A DNA stretch of 64,000 nucleotides from Antedon mediterranea (Eukaryota; Animalia; Echinodermata), in assembly GCF_964355755.1 (NCBI RefSeq), contig NC_092675.1:5513812-5577811 (forward strand), read 5' to 3'. Below the pieces are notes generated by a model. The model saw only the letters and a program-made list of their open reading frames with translations. It was not told where the DNA came from and ran no database searches. Shown one piece after another: positions 63,705 through 64,000 of this stretch; position 1 is the first letter of the stretch, and the number at the start of each line of letters is the position of its first letter. The translations under genes and the position numbers were made by a program.

Positions 63705-64000
63705 CTACCAAATTACACAATCACAAAACAACTTATAAAACAGTTCATATATGCAGTTAAAACATTGCTGGGAATTATAAATTTCTTTTGAAGCAGGCTC
63801 TAATGAAGTTGCATCTAGTAGTTGACTTTGTTGTACAACTCTATCAAGTACTGATGGTATATTCCGACCTCTTCGTTTACGTTGTGTTGTGTGAAAAGTA
63901 AGAAATTTTGTAGGATCTTCATTTTCTTTTCTAATTACATGTCCGATCCAGTTGAATTGTTGCTTGTAGACATATTCTTCTAGCGGCAAAAATACACTAG
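63705..64000 (-). mobile_element. RTE-type LINE ORF C-terminal fragment, continuing beyond the window
   Basis: KQQFNWIGHVIRKENEDPTK.L.F....KRRGR matches the W.GH..R...RGR C-terminal motif of RTE-like reverse transcriptases. Confidence 0.7.

Overview
This is AT-rich eukaryotic genomic DNA, probably from an invertebrate deuterostome such as an echinoderm. That assignment is inferred from Deu-domain SINEs and the STOX gene, not shown directly. One protein-coding gene is well supported: a two-exon Storkhead-box (STOX1/STOX2/knockout-like) winged-helix transcription factor on the + strand (CDS 2737-3091 + 18445-21335, 1081 aa, one ~15.35 kb phase-1 intron). The rest is intronic or intergenic and dense in small mobile elements: PIF/Harbinger MITEs (one retains a Myb/SANT fragment), TTAA-flanked Kolobok-like elements, Tc2-like and other MITEs, CA..TG insertions with 7-bp target duplications, tRNA-derived SINEs, CR1 and RTE LINE tails, and several tandem arrays. 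Less obvious signals are a minimal Penelope-type hammerhead ribozyme (37981-38021), a chain of six small minus-strand exon-like segments that may be a decayed Mab-21/cGAS-like gene (24.3-26.2 kb), a probable second + strand transcript with non-coding exons and an 8-nt microexon candidate, and a recurrent CTCF-like motif near putative promoters. Most short ORFs in the supplied track look spurious. No searches or folding computations were run; family assignments come from recognising motifs by eye.
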